From: an uncultured Actinomycetota bacterium
GTDB lineage: Bacteria; Actinomycetota; Actinomycetes; JAHEKZ01
DNA: 64,000 nucleotides
Reading direction: 5' to 3'
NCBI GenBank assembly: GCA_963718235.1
Contig: CAVQYR010000001.1
Coordinates: 1,600,001 to 1,664,000, forward strand
The translations under genes were made by a program, and so were the position numbers. The notes under the pieces are model-generated. The model did not search any database and was not told the origin of the DNA. It saw only the letters and a program-made list of their open reading frames with translations. Position 1 is the stretch's first letter. Each line of letters opens with the position of its first letter. Shown in pieces: positions 62,039 to 64,000 of the stretch.

Positions 62039-62385
62039 AACACCGGGCCGGTCCACGTCTCGCCCGGGCCGTCCCCGGGCGCGTCGGGGAACGGCGAGGC
62101 CTCACGGAACGCGCGCTGCAACGCCGTGAGACCGTCGCGCAGCGGTGCCGCGTGGAACGTCCCGATCGACGGCGCGGCCGCCGTGACCAGCCCGGCGAGG
62201 GCGGTGATGAGCGTGCGGGCCTCGTCCAGGTCGAGGTGGCGGGCGGTGGCCTCGTCCTCGGCCAGGCCGACCTTCACCGCGGCGGCGCTCATGAGGTGCA
62301 GTGCGGTGGTCGTCACCACCTCGATCGCCGGGACGTCGGCCAGGTCCCGCGCCGGGTTCTGGGCATTCGTCTGGTCGGGGTCCAC
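62035..62385 (-). CDS. DUF1844 domain protein
   Basis: [33 protein letters not shown]; divergent from infC. Confidence 0.88.
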   Translation of the reverse strand: MDPDQTNAQNPARDLADVPAIEVVTTTALHLMSAAAVKVGLAEDEATARHLDLDEARTLITALAGLVTAAAPSIGTFHAAPLRDGLTALQRAFREASPFPDAPGDGPGETWTGPVF

Positions 62386-62629
62386 CCTGGTAGCCTCTCA
62401 GGTCAGACCGGTCGGATCCTCTGGGGTCCGGTCTGCAAGCGGAGCCCGTCTCCCACCTCTGCAGCCCACGGGCGGCAGGGGTCAGGTCCCGAGTACGACG
62501 GAGCCGATCCTCGGCCCCGTCGTCCACCGTTGGGCAACCTTCGGTGCGGTGCCAAGGGCTCGCGCGTGCACGGTGACGCCGAGCCCTTTCGGCGTCTCTG
62601 GGGCAACCACTGCGAACCAAGGAGCGCCC

Positions 62630-63232
62630 ATCAGCACGGAGACCCGCATCAACGACCGGATCCGCGTCCCTGAGGTGCGGTTGGTCGGGCCGAACGGAGA
62701 GCAGGTGGGAATCGTCCGGATCGAGGACGCCCTGCGGCTCGCCCAGGAGTCAGACCTCGACCTCGTCGAGGTGGCCCCGATGGCCCGCCCCCCGGTGTGC
62801 AAGCTCATGGACTTCGGCAAGTTCAAGTACGAGTCCGCCCTGAAGGCGCGTGAGGCCCGCAAGAACCAGGCCCACACGGTTATCAAGGAGATGAAGCTTC
62901 GGCCCAAGATCGACCCGCACGACTACGAGACCAAGAAGGGTCACGTCGTCCGGTTCCTCAAGGCCGGCGACAAGGTCAAGATCACGATCATGTTCCGCGG
63001 TCGTGAGCAGAGCCGCCCCGAGCTGGGGTTCCGGCTGCTGCAGCGGTTGGCCGCCGACGTCGTCGACCTGGGGTTCGTCGAGTCCGCCCCGAAGCAGGAC
63101 GGCCGGAACATGGTCATGGTGCTGGGTCCGACCCGCAAGAAGGCCGACGTGATGGCCGAGCAGCGAGCCGACCGCGAGTCCCGCAAGACCAGCGTCGACG
63201 CCGAGCCGCTCGACACCGACATCGACGCCTGA
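62630..63232 (+). CDS. infC: Translation initiation factor IF-3 (non-canonical ATC start)
   Basis: SD AAGGAG then ATC-AGC-ACG-GAG; [24 protein letters not shown]. Confidence 0.96.
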   Translation: MSTETRINDRIRVPEVRLVGPNGEQVGIVRIEDALRLAQESDLDLVEVAPMARPPVCKLMDFGKFKYESALKAREARKNQAHTVIKEMKLRPKIDPHDYETKKGHVVRFLKAGDKVKITIMFRGREQSRPELGFRLLQRLAADVVDLGFVESAPKQDGRNMVMVLGPTRKKADVMAEQRADRESRKTSVDAEPLDTDIDA

Positions 63233-63282
63233 GCCAAGCCGCACGAGCACGACCCGACGACGCACGAGGAGACGAAGGCGAC

Positions 63283-63477
63283 ATGCCGAAGATGAAGACG
63301 CACAGCGGTGCGAAGAAGCGCTTCCGGGTGACCGGCAGCGGCAAGCTGATGCGTGAGCGCACGAACAAGCGTCACCTGCTCGAGGGCAAGTCGAGCAAGC
63401 GCACGCGTCGCCTCTCAGTCGACGTCCAGGTCAGCCCGGCTGACACCGCCAAGGCCAACAAGCTGCTGGGCCGCTGA
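63283..63477 (+). CDS. rpmI: 50S ribosomal protein L35
   Basis: [14 protein letters not shown]. Confidence 0.98.
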   Translation: MPKMKTHSGAKKRFRVTGSGKLMRERTNKRHLLEGKSSKRTRRLSVDVQVSPADTAKANKLLGR

Positions 63478-63507
63478 CGCCCCCGATCTCCTGCAGGAGG
63501 AACCGAC

Positions 63508-63888
63508 ATGGCACGCGTCAAGCGCGCAGTCAACGCGCACAAGAAGCGCCGCACGACCCTGGAACGCGCCTCCGGCTACCGCGGGCAGCGGTCCCGGCTG
63601 TACCGCAAGGCCAAAGAGCAGGTCACTCACTCCCTGGGCTACTCCTACCGCGACCGCAAGGCGCGCAAGGGCGACTTCCGTCGGCTGTGGATCCAGCGGA
63701 TCAACGCCGCCTCCCGGGCGCAGGGCCTCACCTACAACCGGTTCGTGCAGGGTCTGAAGCTAGCTGGCATCGAGGTCGACCGGCGGATGCTCGCCGAGCT
63801 GGCCGTGAACGACCCGGCCGCGTTCAACGCCCTGGTCCAGACCGCCAAGGACGCACTTCCGGCCGACCGCAACGCTCCGGCTGCCTGA
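63508..63888 (+). CDS. rplT: 50S ribosomal protein L20
   Basis: [22 protein letters not shown]. Confidence 0.98.
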   Translation: MARVKRAVNAHKKRRTTLERASGYRGQRSRLYRKAKEQVTHSLGYSYRDRKARKGDFRRLWIQRINAASRAQGLTYNRFVQGLKLAGIEVDRRMLAELAVNDPAAFNALVQTAKDALPADRNAPAA

Positions 63889-63976
63889 GCCCGACGTGAC
63901 TGCGCGGCCCTCCCGCCCGCACCCGTTCGCCTCGACCCCCGTGCCGCACCGCGCGGCGGTCAAAGCCGCCCGTCGA

Positions 63977-64000
63977 CTGACGAAACGCTCGTTTCGTCAG
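63977..64000. terminator. Inverted repeat after rplT (putative terminator, at the window edge)
   Basis: CTGACGAAACG-ct-CGTTTCGTCAG. Confidence 0.5.

Overview
A very GC-rich actinobacterial (Actinomycetota) core-chromosome segment in the familiar gene order: ileS (partial, with T-box) / DUF167-dksA-like-lspA-rluA-AKR-dnaE; the his cluster (hisDCB-small ORF-hisH-priA(hisA)-Rid-hisF, hisI); the trp cluster (trpE, membrane genes, trpCBA); MauE/DoxX-DsbA-lgt-VIT1-pyk; bldD divergent from pyrR-pyrBC-carAB-pyrKDF; mihF-gmk-rpoZ-coaBC-metK-priA-def-fmt-rsmB; GT2 and GGDEF genes; rpe-FMN riboswitch-ribDCAH-hisEG-sseB-aqpZ; DUF1844 divergent from infC-rpmI-rplT. I see no CRISPR array, prophage, transposase, rRNA or tRNA. 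About ten genes carry single-base frameshifts, densest at 18.5-20.6 kb, most likely long-read consensus errors. I did not find a convincingly new multi-gene system. The best second-look items are: an 18-copy 15-bp repeat that would give the DksA-like protein a histone-H1-like (KKAPV)n tail; a GTHH variant of the IleRS HIGH motif; an apparent Lgt-VIT1 fusion that depends on one G; tandem BldD boxes with intact c-di-GMP motifs; many leaderless starts, with TAG stops doubling as -10 hexamers; an unannotated 55-aa membrane ORF; and a REP-like hairpin before def. Family names come from motif recognition by eye, not database searches.
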